DNA of 64,000 bases from assembly GCA_965235115.1 (NCBI GenBank), contig OZ249436.1, forward strand, positions 28,770,001-28,834,000, written 5' to 3'. Position numbers and translations under genes: made by a program. Positions within the stretch are counted from its first letter, which is position 1, and every line of letters starts with the position of its first letter. This document shows positions 63,331 to 64,000 of the stretch, one piece after another. The DNA is from Laetmonice hystrix (lineage: Eukaryota). The notes below the pieces were generated by a model, which saw only the letters and a program-made list of their open reading frames with translations, was not told the DNA's origin and did no database searches.

Positions 63331-63599
63331 CAGGGTCATGCTTACTTACAAAAACAGAAAGAGTTTACGATCACTCTCCATCTACATGGGCCAAAGGCCT
63401 ACAAGTACCTGCGAGAAAAAACTGACGTGGCATCTGAAGCACTCATGTTCATGGTAGTGGGAATGAAGGGCATCTGGAAGTCACCGACTGGATACTTATA
63501 ACACGGACACTCAAGCCTGACACTCAAAAAGTTCTTGTGGAACGTGCATTAAATATGCTTCATGAATGCAGTATCAGGGTTTTGTGCTTAACCATGGAT
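63331..63599 (+). pseudogene. P-element/THAP9-like transposase fragment, copy 3
   Basis: Near-identical to copies 1 and 2. Confidence 0.85.
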
Positions 63600-64000
63600 A
63601 ATCAACAACCTTGTAAAGGGGCTGCTAAAAATGTCCATGTAAAAGGCTTGTTAGTAGATAGTACTGTTCATGTGACAGCCTTGCCTTGAAACCATTATGA
63701 TTTTGACATACGTTTTTTATATATTTTTTATACTTGTTTTACTTATAAATTATACGTGACAAACTAAGAAATAAGTTCCATAGGAGATAAGACCTTAAAC
63801 AGGATCTGATTTGCTACATTAGTGAGGTATCCTGGCATGGTCAGCTCTGCCTCATGAACATATGGGTAAATTAGATCCTGTCTCAAGTTTTACCTCCTTA
63901 TTTGTTTAACAGCCCCCCCCCCGCCCAGTCTAAAAAAAGACGTTCCTGTTTTCTTGTTATTATTAAATGAGCAGCCTAAAAGGCCTAATCCAAAATTTCA

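Larger units (their letters stand above)
58167..64000. repeat. ~2.2-kb macro-repeat, 2.5 tandem copies (58167-60806 including the MITE, 60807-63024, 63025-end)
   Basis: Matching ORF ends lie at 58643, 61290 and 63501 (offsets 2647 with the MITE, 2211 without). Each unit holds diverged 72-bp monomers, a diverged spacer cassette, a transposase fragment and AT-rich sequence. Confidence 0.95.

Overview
This is eukaryotic (probably animal, by inference) repetitive DNA with no intact protein-coding gene. Positions ~1-58140 are a G-rich satellite array of a 72-bp monomer (roughly 550 copies by arithmetic). It is punctuated by 24 full copies of a ~600-bp spacer cassette, giving higher-order repeats (HORs) of variable length (1743, 2121, 2335 bp and others). 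The array is interrupted by a 3.1-kb composite non-autonomous Helentron/DINE-1-like element (5982-9119, carrying tRNA-like heads and a ~146-bp internal tandem repeat) and by a 645-bp hairpin-ended element (56716-57360). From ~58167 to the end lies a ~2.2-kb macro-repeat (2.5 copies). It contains diverged versions of the same monomer and spacer, a decayed P-element/THAP9-like transposase fragment, a small inverted-repeat element and, in one copy, a Harbinger-type MITE. The ORF track is almost entirely a by-product of the 72-bp (24-codon) periodicity. The most interesting signals are the apparent derivation of the satellite from the neighbouring macro-repeat, the G-quadruplex+hairpin design of every monomer, a pseudoknot with a degenerate (TGA)n tail in every spacer, a long-range conversion tract and a templated insertion at the array boundary. 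I see no evidence for a novel protein-based system.
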